64,000 nt of DNA from Chara braunii (GCA_003427395.1 BFEA01000035.1:1845338-1909337), one strand, 5' to 3'. Positions 38,501 to 52,699 are shown, counted from the stretch's first letter. Made by a program: numbers and translations. Notes: a model not told the origin generated them from the sequence alone.

Positions 38501-39776
38501 TTGATATTTCTTTAGCTTGCCACGTATTCTGAATCCTTGCCATCTATATTCCATATAATTGAGTAAATGATCCTCTAATGTTTGAATCTCCTTTGCTATT
38601 GGCTCCAGGGTGTCTTGATCATCTGGGTTTATTTGTGTTTCTTGTAGTTCTTGAATTATTTCAAGGATTTCAGTTTTTTTTTTATGTCTTAACTTTACCA
38701 TGACTTTAGAGTACTCATTGCATTTACGACCTAGGAAGACTAGGCCGTTGTTGAACCACGTAATGTAATTGTCGATATGAACTCTCTGTTTTCTCTAGAA
38801 TTTCCATACATCCTTGAGATACTGTAGAAAATTCTGGTCCTTGAGGTATGAAGTATTAAGTTTATAGAACCCCTCACCTTGATCCGGTTTCTTCCGGAAG
38901 CAGAAAACTGCCATGCACATTGTGTGATTAAAGCTTGGAAATGAACTTCTTGGTAGGATACATGCAAATTGGAGCCCTCCCTGAAGATCTTCAGAGGCTA
39001 GAATAAGATCAATCCTGGATTCAGTAGGTCTGTTTGAATGCCTTCTGGTGAAGCATGAAAAAGACTTGGTGGTAGGGTTTAATCTCCTAAAGGAGTCAAA
39101 CAGGTTATGGAATAGCACAATTTGGATATGATTTGTTTATCTCCTTCTATATAGGCCGGACACGGCGTGGGTATATTCCATCTATCTAGGTTACGATCCG
39201 GTGCTGCATTGAAATCTCCTGCCATTATGACCGGGATGCCTACTGGAAGGCGGGGAAGTAATGATTCAAAGAACAATCGGCGTTCCCCTATGTCATTGGG
39301 TCCATATACATTCAGTATACTGACCACCGCTAATTCCAACATCGCCAGTATGTATATCCATCTTCCTTCCTGCTGGTCCGCTTCCCAGTTGAGTATTTCA
39401 ACTTTAGAACCCGGTGAAATCCATATCGCTACACCTGCGCTCCCTGGTTTTGAAGCATGAGCCCGATACGCCGTGTGGGGCCAGAATTATTTGTGAATGT
39501 GGTTGTAGGATGCTGTGTTCATTAAGTGCGTCTCTTGGATGCAGATCACATCAGGCCACTCCTTGCCCCCTACCCCTTTGATAAGATCGAGTATGGCTTG
39601 ACGTTTGGAGTTCTTGGCAGACGCCATACCATTCACATTAAGGAATCTGAGGTCCAAGTCAGCGTTTCTTTTGAGGAACTTCCAATTTTTGTCTTTGTTG
39701 TGGAGTAGGTCTATTAAGTTCACTTCCTTACACTCATTACCCATTGCATACTATTTTCTACCATCTTTCCTTAACC
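35518..39776 (-). mobile_element. LINE copy B (family 1), degenerate ORF2 (APE-RT-zf), 3' end missing
   Basis: Co-linear with copy A: MGNECKEVNLIDLL, DVICIQETH, AGDFN, FIDFEK, VRQGDPL, LFAND. A 46-bp tandem duplication lies at 37308-37399. Confidence 0.92.
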
Positions 39777-41398
39777 TTTTTTTTTTTTCTTTTTTTTTTT
39801 TTTTAAGGAAAAAACCTGTGTGATATCCCTCTATCTTGGCAGTGGTAAGAGAAACGCCAAGATTGAGGGCTTATCTGTCGGGCTGCTCCATCTATTGGTG
39901 GGGAGTGACAGCTGCTGGAAACCGGGTCCAGCGTCCCCTTCATACACCATGTACACATAGCTTGGTGACTGTGGTTTTTTAGGCTGTGCTCCTTGTTAAC
40001 TCATCCCGGGACTCCGTTGTCCCATGAAACTGCTAATGTCACCCATCCCCTTGTTGGAGCTCCCCTTATCCCTAAGCCCAACCCTATTTCAGTAGTCCCC
40101 CTGTTTGGTTATTGCTGTGACTGGCCCTTTAAACCCTTAAACCTTTAAATCTACAACAGACCCTCTGTTCTAACCTTGTTCCATCAATGATTGTGTGCTG
40201 TCCCAGTTGACTATGCTACCAGAACCTTTGAGCTTGCAAATCCTATGTACTGTTCTGTCTATCTTCCGTTCTGTGTTTGGAGGGGCGGAAACCTCTTCAC
40301 CCTGGACCCGATGCCAGTTGCCTGCAGTGTTCACTAGTTCCACCTTCTCCCCAACAGGAGTCGGTCCAACATCCCTACAGAGACAGACTTTGCCTACACC
40401 TGTGTGATTGTTACCTTCATAATCTGCTGAGAGCGGATGTCTCTCCCCTACGAACCAACCTACCTCCTTACTGATACCTGTATTCCTGCAGAGACAGACC
40501 TTGCCTACTCCCGTATGACTGTTGCCAACCTAATCTGCTAAGTGTAGGTGCCCAGCAGACCGACCATTCTTACTGTTGCCCTTACTGATGCCCTTACCAT
40601 TGCCTTTCAACGATTGCTATGGCTACCGGGGAAAACATATCTGGAAATTCCTTAGGGTGTTTCATCGGAATGTTGGGGTTGACATGGAGCCAGTCGTGGA
40701 ACCTAAGCTTGTAGTCCTTGGTGAAGTCCTCTTGCTCTTCCTTGTGTCTTATTTCCCCTGGCCATTCTACCTGGGCCATCCAGCCCCCTCTTCCCCCCCC
40801 TTCCCCCCCCCAACCATTTTGTGCAGAGGTTATGGATTTCCTTAGTTATATCAACTTTTTGAGATAAGGTTTCCATTTTTCCCTGCACTTTTTTCCATTG
40901 CATTCTTATTTCTGTTTCAATAAAATGTTTTGTTGTGTCGGCCACTTCCATTTCCCCCATCCTGGCTCCTTCTTGATCAAAGACACACCTTCTTAACCAT
41001 AACGTCTAGATCAACGCTTTTCTGGATATGGAGAAAAGGTTGCTGGCTAAGCGGGATGCATGCGGCCTTTCCCATTCACCTAAGAGAAGGGCTTCCCATT
41101 TCCATGACCATTCCTCGCCAGTGCCCAGTTGAGTCCAGATACGGTCCCACCATCGCCACAGCAGGACTGCTCCAGGGCATTGTAGAAAGATATGTTCTAT
41201 TGTTTTGCAAATCATACGTCTCGGGAACCCTGCGTTACAGGATTTGCACCATGGCAGAGTCTCCCCTCTTTGTTCAAGGTTCGTCCTCTCGATGATCCCA
41301 TTGTTGGTGGGGAGGCACCTGTGACTGATTTGCCACTGTAGGGAGGTGAATTTTGCCGGTCTTTCTTTTACTCCTCTGAACAATCTTTCCCCAAACAT
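39777..41398 (-). mobile_element. 5'-truncated LINE copy D, zf-RVT, 3' UTR and poly(A), abutting the ORF1/ORF2 junction of copy B
   Basis: SLQWQISHRCLPTN..WCKSC..TIEHIFLQCP; T tract at 39777-39804. Confidence 0.85.
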
Positions 41399-41795
41399 AA
41401 CATACCCTGGTTATGAATCTATACAGGCTATAATTCCCGTCAGGTGCGGTTGTGATGAGAATGTGTTACGTTCGGGGTAAGATGGTAGTGAATGAAAGTG
41501 GGGTGCTGGATGGGGAAGGGTACCTGCATGACGCACAGGAGTAGACATTCGACGGAAAGACTGGGAAGGATGACGATTGGGCCCCCCTTGACAATGAAGT
41601 GGCAGAGTTTGAGATAGCTCGGTGTGTTTAATTGATAGAAGGTTTGTTCCTCTCCTGGCCAGAGGGGGAGGACAAACTTTGGATCACTGTGGAAGGACTT
41701 TGGAGCCAGGTGTCCTGAAGGACGACATAAATGGGTCCAGTAGACAACCAGGAGGGTTCAATATGTCTGTTGAATCCTGAACCCTTGAAAAGGTC

Positions 41796-42190
41796 GGGAG
41801 AAGGTGGGGTGGGTAGATGACCCCTAAGTGTAATGGGAGGTGATTCTTTATTAATTACGGGCTGTATTTTGTATTGATATTAGTCATTTTGGGTAGTAGT
41901 GATTGGTTTGATTTGGAAGAGAAAAGGGTTGGGAGAAGGTGGGGTGGGTAGATGATCCCTAAGTGTAATGGGAGGTGATTCTTTATTAGTTATGGGCTGT
42001 ATTTTGTATTGATATTAGTCATTTTGGTTAGTAGTGATTGGTTTAATTTGGAAGAGAAAAGTGTTGGGAGAAGGTGGAGTGGGTAGATGATCCCTACGTG
42101 TAATGTGAGGTGATTCTTTATTAGTTATGGGATGCATTCTGTATTGATATGAGTCATTTTGAATAGTAAGGATTGATTTAATTTGAAAAA
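41796..42190. repeat. 135-bp tandem repeat, about 3 copies (also at 32700-32896)
   Basis: gggagaaggtgg recurs at 41796, 41931 and 42066. Confidence 0.92.
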
Positions 42191-42192
42191 GA

Positions 42193-43274
42193 TTTTTTTT
42201 TTTTGCTGGGGGGGGGGGACAAGGCTCCAATCTATTCGGGGGGAACAACACGTGCTGGGAAACAGGCCCAACGTCCCATATGGAAATTTACATCGAACTT
42301 TGAAAGTTTGAGATACCGGGGCCATTACCCGGCTTTGACTGAGAAAACTTTAAGAGAATTTTGAGCTACTTAGAAAATTACTACGACAAACTACAAAGAA
42401 AGGTCTGCCCACAACAAAACATGCCACCACAGAGGTCCTACAAATGCTCAAAACCTTGTGAATCCCTAACAACCCTTCTAAAACTCTCCAGCATTGTCTT
42501 ACTCCATACCGAGCTCTTCCAGGCCTCATACCAACACCCTGCAGGGTTACAGGGCAACACGACTCGCCCCAGCTCCGGCCAGCATCGTCCCAGCAGCAAC
42601 CCTTGGTTGTCCCTTGGAATGCCCACTCCAAAGCATCCCCAGATCTCTCTACCAGGCCTCACACTCCTGCATTAGCAAGTTACAGGGCAACACCCCAACA
42701 CCGGCCAACTTCGTTCTAGCATTGAGCAACCACAAATCACCGTGTATATCAGCATGGAGTCATCTGAGTTGCTAGAAGTCCCTAGAATCTTAAATCATTC
42801 TTAAGACCCCCATTGGCAACCAAAACCAACGAACCATGGATGAAGGAAAAACTTAGAAACATTCATGGCCACTACTCAAAACTCTATTAAGTCACTAGGA
42901 TATGTGTGTCAAAAAACCTCCCAACCACGAATCAGATATGTGAAACCTATTCAATCCACCTACGACCACCACCAACATGGCTGCTTTCAGCACGAACCGA
43001 AGCTCTCCCAGACCTCATGCTCCCATCAGGTTAGGTTACATAGTCGCACCACCTTGCTCCAGCACCGGCCAACATTGCTCCAGTTACGACCCACAATGAC
43101 CATTGAGACTGACCCTGCAAATAGCCCCCCAGATCTCTTTATCGGGCCTCACACCCCCACTAAGCTAGGTCACAGAGTTGCGCTACCTGGCTCTGGCTCC
43201 GGCCAACGTTGCTCCAGCATCGGTCTTCGAGGGCCACCGAATTTTCGACCACCCTTCGCAGGATCACAGATGAC
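42193..43274 (-). mobile_element. Non-coding poly(A)-tailed retro-segment, copy 2
   Basis: T tract, shared 3' motif at 42224-42277, co-linear with about 11570-12423. Confidence 0.7.
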
Positions 43275-46265
43275 TTGCCAGATAGCGCTTATTCCTACAA
43301 CCTCCTCGAGAGGCAAACCAAAATAGAAAGAATGGAAAGAAATACTAAAGTGGATGTTTGAATTCTTCGAGAGAGATTGCCCCTCCCTCCACCTACCGCT
43401 TCCCCCTCAGTCCTACACTGCCTCCGCCGAGGTGAGTCACCCACTCTCCCTCGGCCCCAATATAGGACCAACCCTCTATCCTTCTTTCCCCAGGAGCACG
43501 CAGTTCCCACCTAAAGCATGCCCCCCCGCCCCTTGCCCATTTCTGCGTCCGCTGGGACTGACGTTGACCCATACACCAGCCCCTGCCCCAGAATAGGGCA
43601 ACCCCCTACTCCGCCCCTACCCTCTTTAAGACATTCACCCCCCACCTTGTGATGCCCCGGCAAGGTAGAGCTCCCCCCACCCCCTTCTTACCTTTCAACT
43701 CTCCGGAAACGATCTGATCCAGCCGACTACAGTTATTGATGACACACTTACCAAAATGTCGATCATAATTTGCAAAAGCAAGACCTCTTCAAAGATATGC
43801 AGCTCCCACCATGTGCATGTATCACCAATTTAAGAGAAGCAAAAAACTAATTATCGGAGAGGGTCTTCAAATTTATAGCTAGAATAGTAGGATTCCGAAG
43901 TTTTCGGGTTCCAAGATTATAAAATCATGATAGAACTTTACTTGGGACTTTAGAAATTATAGTCGAGATTTAAGTGTACGTAATTATAGAATAGATCCCA
44001 ACGAATTGTGTTGATGATTCATAATAGATATGTGTGTATGTGTGTACATGTAGATGATAATACTTTACTTGGGACTTTTAGAAATTATAGTTGAATTTCA
44101 GGGATATATGTGTATGTGTGTACATGTAGATGAGAATTTCGCTGATCAGAAAATAGAGGATAAGATTGTGAGTTTATTTTTCCAAATTTGAGAAGCTCAA
44201 TTTATAATTGTGTAAGCACTAGATTAGAACACGGATATAGAAAATTAGAAGATACAAAATTAAGATCAGCAAATCAAATTGAAAAGACAGCCGATGCGAA
44301 GAGCGCCACACATGTTCACACAAAATTTTTCTGCTCCATCGCCGCTGTTCTTATTGCGGCGCTACCTGCTTCCGTGTCTTTAACCGGTGAACCGGCTCAA
44401 ACGAACACTTGAAACCGCCAACTCTTTTTGACAATCCAACTTGTAACAAGCCTCTCTCCTCCCACTCCGCATGAGAAGATGCTCCTCACCTTCTACCCGC
44501 ACTGCCCAACCAACCTCCGCTAGATTCGCGCAGGAGCATAGGAGCAGGGTCACAACCATGCCCAAGATCTCATGAAGACTATCCTAATCAACCCGACATC
44601 CTCCCCTTCCTCTAGCGTGTCATCCCGCAACACCACATGAACGAAGCACAGAGCAAGAGACCTCTTCAGCCTAGATTATCAAGGATGGAAGAACCCCCAG
44701 CTGAAACATCACGTCAATGACCGCACCAGACAAAACCAACGGAACCTCGCATCATTGCTTGCCGCCGTACTCCCCATTGCCCACATCAACTCATTGATAT
44801 TCCTCGCAGAGAGCCGTGCCGACAAGGCACCACCAACACACGAACCGGCCTATGTCGATAGCGGAGCAGCGCTGCGCTCCTGGTCGCGCTGCGCCGCTCC
44901 CGTAGTGGGACACCACTACGTTCAAATCTTCTTCTTCTTCTTCTTCTTCTTCTTCTTCTTCTTCTCCCTTTTTTTTTTCTTCTTCTCACTTCACTTCTTC
45001 CCCGCTGGAAAAGGCTAATGTTTTAGATAACGTTTTTTTTCACATGTGGGACTTGTTCTTGTTGTTGCCACAATTCTGGCTAAAGTTCTTTGAGGAAGAT
45101 GAGTGGGGGAAGCTTTGCCCGAAATTCCTAATGGTATACTGAACCTGTTTTCTAGCTGCAGAAGCCAAACCTGGGTAATGACCGCAGTTATTTCCTGGGT
45201 TGAATTGTGAGGTCCACAACCTTGTGTCTATGCATGATAAAATTCTTATGTTCCAAAAAAATTTGGTCAAAAACCTCCTCCTCTACATCCCACAACCTTA
45301 TGACCTCCTCTACATCCCACAACCTTATGACCTCCTCTTGAAGGTCCAGGTTACAACCCACATTGTCATTCCTTCGAATCTCAAGATAATCACCAGCCCC
45401 TGAGATAAGGTGAACAGAGCCCTAAATTTCCAGGGTTTGTCATGGTGTTTATAACAAACCTCGCACACCTTTTAAGCCAGACTTATCACCAGTCCATAGA
45501 GTGAAGACGGAGTAAAACAACAACACTCTTCAATGCTGAGGAGGTTAACCTAAGGCTGAAATATTGGGGTCCCTGCTAACCGCTTATTCAGCCCTTGCGA
45601 TCTCAGGATACTTGTGACGGACCTGTCAGGATGGCGGTCCATCAAATCAAGACGAAGGGATGAGGATGAAGGAGATGGAGATGGAGCTAGAAGGGACAAC
45701 ACAACTCTAACGCAAACTCAACACGCACATACTCCAAACTGTGCAAGTGAAGAATGAGACTGAAAACCGACTGCAACTGGGGTATAACCCCGAACTGACT
45801 GAATTGGAGTGGACTGGCCTGGTACCGACAATGGTACCGGGCATGACTGGACTGGATTGAATGAGCACACGGCCTATGGGATCAGGCCACTCTAGAGCTT
45901 GCTATGCCCTTCTGTTTTTTTTTTTCTTTTAGTTTGTTCTTTTTCTTTTGAAAAAATGTAACTCGTGTGAGAATAGTATAAGAACCTGGCAGTATAACCC
46001 AACTTCCTGGAAAGAAGAAAGAAAATGTTCCCTCTCTTTTTTTCTTTTTTTTGCACGTAGTTTTCTTCAGCGCGAGTGAGTTTCTACATGCAAAACAAAC
46101 TAACGGACAAGTTGTAGTCCGTTTTCTCCTTTTTATTGGGCCCACGGGCTTCCTCCCCCATTGAACTGCCGAGTCCAGTGACAAACTGATTTTAGCTTTT
46201 GCGTTAACTATGGTTTTTCAAGCGGGAAAAAATACTGGTGGTTTAATTCTTCCTTTAGTATTTTC

Positions 46266-46520
46266 CATACTTGCAAGCAGACGGACCGGACGAGCGTCCA
46301 GTCGGGTCCGCTTTGCCACGTGCGGCACCCTCCCCCCGGACCGGACGGACCCGGACCAGATCGGACGGGGGCAATTTTTTTATTTTTATTTTTCTTTGGG
46401 GGGGGGGGGGGGGGGGGGGCGTAACTGGTAGTCGGGCGCACGTTCATGCGCCACGCGGGTCCGATCGGACGGTCTGCCGCACGTGCAGAACCGGCCGGAC
46501 GGCGTCCGCTTGCAAGTATG
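46266..46520. mobile_element. hAT-type MITE, 255 bp
   Basis: TIRs catacttgcaagc / gcttgcaagtatg; 8-bp TSD gtattttc at 46258-46265 and 46521-46528; subterminal cggac repeats. Confidence 0.9.
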
Positions 46521-46589
46521 GTATTTTCCCAATGAGTTATTATTTCTGTTTGAATTTAATTGCGTGGACCATTTAATCGGGCCCCTCCA

Positions 46590-47290
46590 ACTCATGAGTA
46601 CACCGGTGATGTCATAGAGCCCAATACACAACCCTTTCTTCCTAAAACAAAGAGATTTAGAGTGTATGTATCCACTGGGTGCGGATTCCAGGTTCCCATA
46701 AGAGCCCTGTCAAGTCCCATTGTCATGACATTGAGATACCCAATTGACCCCAAATTGTATTCCACCATCTCCAAAGCCAAATGACCCCATGCTCAATCCT
46801 CTCTAAAACTTTCCTTGAAGGGAATGCAGAAGAACAAAACTTGCACTAGGGTAAGGCAATGCACTTCTGCTCGAATGTGGTTTTGTCAATAATCTAGTCA
46901 TTCGTAGGTAAACATCTATGATCAATCTGCCATTGCAGGGAAACAAACATACCTGGTTTGAATTTGACCGTTTTGAAGTTGTCGCATCCATTGAGCCTCT
47001 GCCCTATCTCTGAGATTATTATTATTATTATTATTATTATTTTCACATTTAAACATATTTTGAGTGTGGGAAGCCACTTAGAGAGGTGATCAAAGCGGGC
47101 CTCAACATCAGTGGATCTTACTGACAGAATGTGAAGCAACCGAATAAACATGCATCCCCCACCCCTTTTACCGACGTCCAAATCCAGGAAGTCGGGTCAA
47201 ACACAAGTTTATCAATTGAGAGAGGCAATTTAAAGGTTACCCGATTCTTTTTACTTTGAAGCACTCTTATCCTGAATAATTGGCTAGAGA
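46590..47290 (-). pseudogene. Highly decayed family-1 LINE C-terminal fragment
   Basis: SLQWQIDHRCLPTND and a downstream CKFC remnant. Confidence 0.7.
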
Positions 47291-47309
47291 GATAAAAGAG
47301 AGAGGAGAT

Positions 47310-50300
47310 AAAAGAGATAAAAAATCCCAAAACAATGCAGTTCAAGGTTTACACTTTAGCATAAAACCACATCGTTGAAGACATGGGACACATGCCACAT
47401 ACCTTCTCCTCACAACACCTGAAAAAATTTCGACGTTTGAAAAACCCAACTCTAGCATGTTCTCTATGCAAAGTCACAAGAGATACTAGAAGTAAGGCGT
47501 GAATCCGCGTGATTACTATTGGTCTCGTCATGCGAAAGACTTATACCACCCGGTAATCACATATATCGGTTTGCTTGGGTTTTTCCACACTCTTTCTGCA
47601 TTCTTGAACTTATGCATGGAGAGGACCTCTGTCACATTCTCCAAAATGAGGATTCTTCTTTCAAAAAACTCCATGATGTTGTAGTTGGTGTCTGTTATTG
47701 TCAACCTCAATTGTTTGTGATGTTAGTTTGTAATTCTATCCATTGTTGTTTTAATTTTTTTTTTCTTCTTCAAGATCGTTAGTTTTGAAGAAGCCTAACA
47801 ACAAGATATCATCGACATATCTTTTACCAACAATTATTTTTTCATCCCTTACAAGGCTGTTTAGAAAACTTTCTTCAACATACATAGAAACCAGCGACGC
47901 CAGAGGGAACTTGCCCACCCATGAGAATGTAAGTGCCATGTTTGAGTATGATCCCAACAAATTTGAAGAACACATTATCCAAGAAAAAATTCATCAGCTT
48001 CTTTAAGTCGTTCAATCCGATCGTGACAATTTTTCCACCCACCGTCACATTTCCGTGTATTTGAACTCGAACCTTAAAACTCCCTTTTACTGTATATTTA
48101 TAAAAAATCCAGTCAACATGAAAACATCTCTTTAACATCATATATTCGGGCGCACGTGCTAAGTTGCTGATTTTTCGCCCGTTCGGTGACTGCTGCAATA
48201 CAATTATTCAGATTGTTACCAGAGGGTAGGTTAAAGTGACGCTTTTGAGTTTTTTTTTAACTTTTTATCATAAGATTTAACGCTTTGACCAAGTTGCTTC
48301 CAACAAATTAGGTAGGGTGAAGGTAAGAAAGACATTTGTGCCTTTTCTTCTCAAAATCTTTATCTTTACTCATGATAGACACCTTCTGAATTTTAAAAAT
48401 TTCCTTCGTTGTTTTATTTTCCAATTCATTCCACGTTTTTGTTTTTAATTTTTTTCCTCATATCTCACAGGATATCACTTCCGACTCTCTCAATTGTCTC
48501 GAAGTTCGAATTATCATTGAAGAACTTTTTATTTCCTGCGTAGTACTACAAAGGACATTCAACTAAGGTAGTATCACGATCTTGGTCCAATGGGGAAAGG
48601 GTCGGTCCCCCAAGGGTCACTTTTATACCGTGGATGTATTTACAAGTGACTACCTCGCGGAAAATCTCAGTAAGCCCACATTTTCGGAGCTTGAGTGACG
48701 AGATTCTGAATGTATCAGTAATCTCGACCTTCCTAAGCTTATTCAAGGCAGTCTTTCACACATTATTTACGGGTATTAATACTTTCACTTCGACCATGGC
48801 ATGAAACATTTCTTGAATTATGGTGGAAATGATCAACAAAATATACATCTTTTAGTCTAACCTGAACGTGCCCGTCAATTTTGGGCAGTTCAAACCTATC
48901 GTAGTCACAACCTTGAGTTACCTTAGAAATAACCACTTTATGGTTATGCAGAATATCCGCAATGGTCTTGACTTTACTCGAGACCACCCGTGACTTTTTC
49001 TGCATCAGGTCAGCAAGTCCCTAAGGTTCAAACCTCCTCCCAATCCATTCACATACGTCGGTATGAACATTACTCTTATCAATGGTGAAGTAAAATGATA
49101 TTTTTAGAATAATGTTTTGCTTGGGGTTAAATCCTAGTCTCCTTTTGAGCTCCGTCGCAATGAGACTCCTAATCACTTGGTGTCCCCTTTTTGTACTTAC
49201 AAATTTTACGCCTTTCAATAAACCCAGAAGTCCACTATTGCCCTTACATCTTAGATAGATCTTCCAAGGAGCACGAAGGAGGGTGATTAACTCAACCTTT
49301 CGCCGCTTTCCTTCAGGTTCAGCTCTGACCAAGCAGTTGAGATTTCATTCACCTCGAGATTCAAACACATATTTAATATCCTTAAGTAAATAATTACTAA
49401 AATTGTCACTCATTTTCTATTCTTCGTACACCAATTTAAGAAACCTCCATGATACAAATCATTTTTTTCTCGTCGTTACCGAAAAAATTACGTATTGGTC
49501 TGCTCAGACCTTTAGCATGTTTAAAGATATTCATGAGGTTAGGAGTGCGTTCATGACCCTTATCAATAGACGAAAAAAAGATCGGATCTCATTTGTGTGA
49601 AATGCTAGTTTCTTTTTTTGTATTTTTTTGTTTTTTCCTCGGTTTGCATCTAGTATTACTTTTTCTCGCATTGTGACCAGGATTTTCTTGTCGAATGATA
49701 CGTCTTTCCATTTTTAGTAGTTCAGTTTTGTCACCAACCTATAGAGGCATAACATTGTACGATTCATGTTTCATTTTGCTCAACCACTTATGCACTTTGA
49801 ACACAAGACATTTGTTAGCAGTAAAAGCGTGCTTCTTCCATCTCTCAGTAAGAGAGCCACTCCTTTGTCCTACGTATGTCTGTTTACAAAAGGGCAATAC
49901 CATCGAATAGGCGCAAGATGAGACTTGAGAGCTAAGTACTACATCGCTCCAACATTATTCCAATATTTGATAAACGTAGCTCGCCACTTCACATATCTAA
50001 TAACACACGAAAAAATTGTGCCCATCTTGAACTCAAGTTACCGTGTGGCAAGAGATGGTATGACAAATGTTTCTGCGAATGCACAATAAAGACCATTTCA
50101 AAGGGAATCAGTTCCTTGAAACGGCCTCAGACTCGTTTCTGTCCGATCCGGCCTGCTGTTTAGGCAATTCACGCTCAATTTCTAAGTTGGCATCGTCGTC
50201 TGCGCCTTCATCTCTAGCAATCATTCCGGTGAATTCGTTGGTGTCTTGTTTAGCTAGCTCTGAAACTCCCTTGTCCTTCCTTTCCCACTTGATGTTCCTC

Positions 50301-51100
50301 TTCATGCACAACGCCTTCACCTTCTGCCTTGTCATGTCCATGTAGTGGTGCAATGTTTCGCGCATGTACTCAACAGTCCCCATCTCTTGTCTCCCTCCCC
50401 CCGGATCATCCGCTTCCACGGTTCAAATGGATCTTATCGCCTTCATCGTTGGTACCTTCACTTTTTCTCCCCGGATATCAGGTTCTATACCGTGCTAAAT
50501 TTTCCAGATGCCCCTTCCTTTGATCCTGATGTGTTATCTAGGTTGACCTTGTCGATGATCTTCGTCGGCATTTTCATTACGTCATCGAGTTTATCACTCT
50601 CTTTTGCGTTGGGTTGAGCAGGTACTGGTTGCATACCTTCGATCTTAGCTTCTTGGGGTTTCTTGCCCTGCCCTTCATCGTCAGAGGAGAGCAAAATACT
50701 CGACTCCCTGATCTTTTATCCCCTGGCTTCGAGATTGGATCTAGATTTCTGACGTTTAGAGGCAGGAAAGTTGGGACCAACGATCCTCGTACACTTTTCG
50801 TTGCTGCCACCATCTTCTTTGTTTTTTTCCGCCTTAAGCTCAGCCAACAACTTAATCATTCTATCTCGTTCCATATCGACCACCATCATCTTTTTATCGA
50901 CGACCTCAAGCTTGTTCGAGATGCGCTTCAGCGATGCTCCAAAGTTGCTAGCCATCCAAACCTTCATGTCTTTTTCACTATCTTCCTCGCTGGTCGTGAC
51001 TTCACCGCGTTGCCAGTGCGAATACCCTTACAAGGGTATCCGCCCTTGTTTTTGCAAGTGACAGAAAATAAGTTTCGTTTAGAGTCTCAGTACAACGAGT
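47310..51100 (-). mobile_element. Degenerate Penelope-like element with N-terminal GIY-YIG (Chlamys/Naiad architecture)
   Basis: About 49670-49930 translates as CAYSMVLPFCKQTYVGQRSGSLTERWKKH...MERRIIRQENPGHN. RT remnants downstream (FFLDNVFFKF...ILMG, RYVDDILL). Upstream SAP/HeH-like QKVKALCMKRNIKW. Confidence 0.8.
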
Positions 51101-51854
51101 GAGACTGTGTTTCGACTACGCTGACTAAGTGGTTGACTGGAAATAGAGAGTGCATGGGCGAGCAAATTTAAGGTGCGCGTGATCTCTTTTTTTGTTGATG
51201 ATTGTAAAGTCGGTGTGGTTGCTAGCCAAAATTTTGGATTTTCTTTGATTTAAATTTTAAAATAGGATTAAAAGGTTTCGTCTTCTGATTGGTATGCTTG
51301 ACCGTGGCATGTGCGCTCGTACGGAGGACGACATCGGCGACAACGTGGCTTTGAGTAATGGTCCGAGTATACACGAGGATAGACGTGTGGTGGGCAAGGG
51401 GTTTGACGACCGAGGGATTAGTGGATAGGTCGAGGTGTGGCTTTGGAACGTCTCAGTAGACTTCACGCCGCATGGTGCCTGCTTATATAGATTACCGCCA
51501 ACACTAGGCTCAACCTTAGGCCTAACACTATTGTTTACGGTAGCGGACTATCATTCAGGAGGTTCAAGGATCAAGGCGTGCAGTTGACAATGACGAAGCG
51601 GTGGAGTATCTTAAAGGGAACTAAGGGGTTGAGGGCCCGACGAAACTATCCCCCGTAGTTTTGCTGGCCGCAGGGTAGCGCGTCGGGACCAAGGCGCTAT
51701 TAGTAATCCCCTTTTCTTTCTCCCCTCTCACCGTGCGGTTTTGCCTTGATTTTTTTTTTTTTTTAATCTTTAATTTCAAGCAAGGCGCGACACTAGTTTT
51801 AGGGGCCAATCGGATCTGTGCATGTGCTGAACACTGGCATAATTCCTCTATCTG

Positions 51855-52050
51855 CTCGTCTTGAAACTTGGACCGCGGAGTTCAACGTGCATGCGAGTTA
51901 GTGGGTCATTAGCCTATGAGGCGGAGGGAGCCTGGGTAGCACGGGCCCATTGCAGGTGCCCGGTCTGCCACCATGGTCCGTTGTGAGAGGGATGGGAGAG
52001 TGAGCCTAGCCCTTGAGGCCCCAAATGGTGATGGGTTGTCCCTGGGTGCA
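51855..52050 (+). pseudogene. Decayed LSU (25S/28S) rRNA fragment around the LR3 site
   Basis: ctcgtcttgaaacttggaccgcggagt resembles CCCGTCTTGAAACACGGACCAAGGAGT, with a weaker match on to atggtga. Confidence 0.7.
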
Positions 52051-52099
52051 AAGGGGCAACCACACTAGGGCCGGGGTTGAAGACTGCAGGGGGGGCAAG

Positions 52100-52419
52100 G
52101 CTGTTCGCGTGGGACCATTTTCCCACTTCGGTCTTCAAAGTTCTCATTTGAATATTTGCTACTACCATCGAGAATCTGTGCCAGGACCCGCTTTACTTGA
52201 CTCACACTACAATTTGTGCGGCAGGCCTGCACCTTCCTATTCCTCGTAGTGGCGGAGTCGGGACGACCAAGCATAGGTCGAGCGCCTCAGCGTCGTTCGT
52301 ATTCAGGGCGGACGAAGTCAGCAGGTGAGTTGTTACTCACTCCCTAGCGAGTTTTGACATTTGTGACCATCATCCTGCTACCTGTATCAGCACCCCTTTG
52401 GGGTCTAGGTTAATGAGCG
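52100..52419 (-). pseudogene. Decayed LSU rRNA fragment spanning the LR7 site
   Basis: cttcaaagttctcatttgaatatttgctactacca and gcaggtgagttgttac-cactcc-tagcg are conserved eukaryotic LSU antisense sequence. Confidence 0.92.
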
Positions 52420-52699
52420 GATTGTCATTGACCCGCGGTCGGATAATCGCTGTCGGATTTGGGTATGGGGCGAATGACTAACTGAGCCACCTAGTAGTTG
52501 GTCGTGTTTGAGACTTTCCCCACGAAAGCCAGACCAGCCGAAAACAGCAGCAAGCGCTGGGCGCTGTGAGGTCGGTACGACTGACCGCTGCGATAAATCA
52601 CAAGGGAAAGACGGACACTGGGAGTGCGGAGTGCAGTGAATAGCAAAACGAAGATGGCGAGGAGCTAGGCAGGGCGCAGTGGAAAGGGAGTAGCACACA

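Noticed and set aside
44926-44965. (TTC)n and other microsatellites or poly(A/T) tracts producing poly-F/K/R ORFs
   Set aside because: Simple sequence, not coding.
47340-47460. Hammerhead or SECIS at the PLE 3' end
   Set aside because: Small hairpins are present, but the CUGANGA/GAAA and AUGA/GA cores are not.
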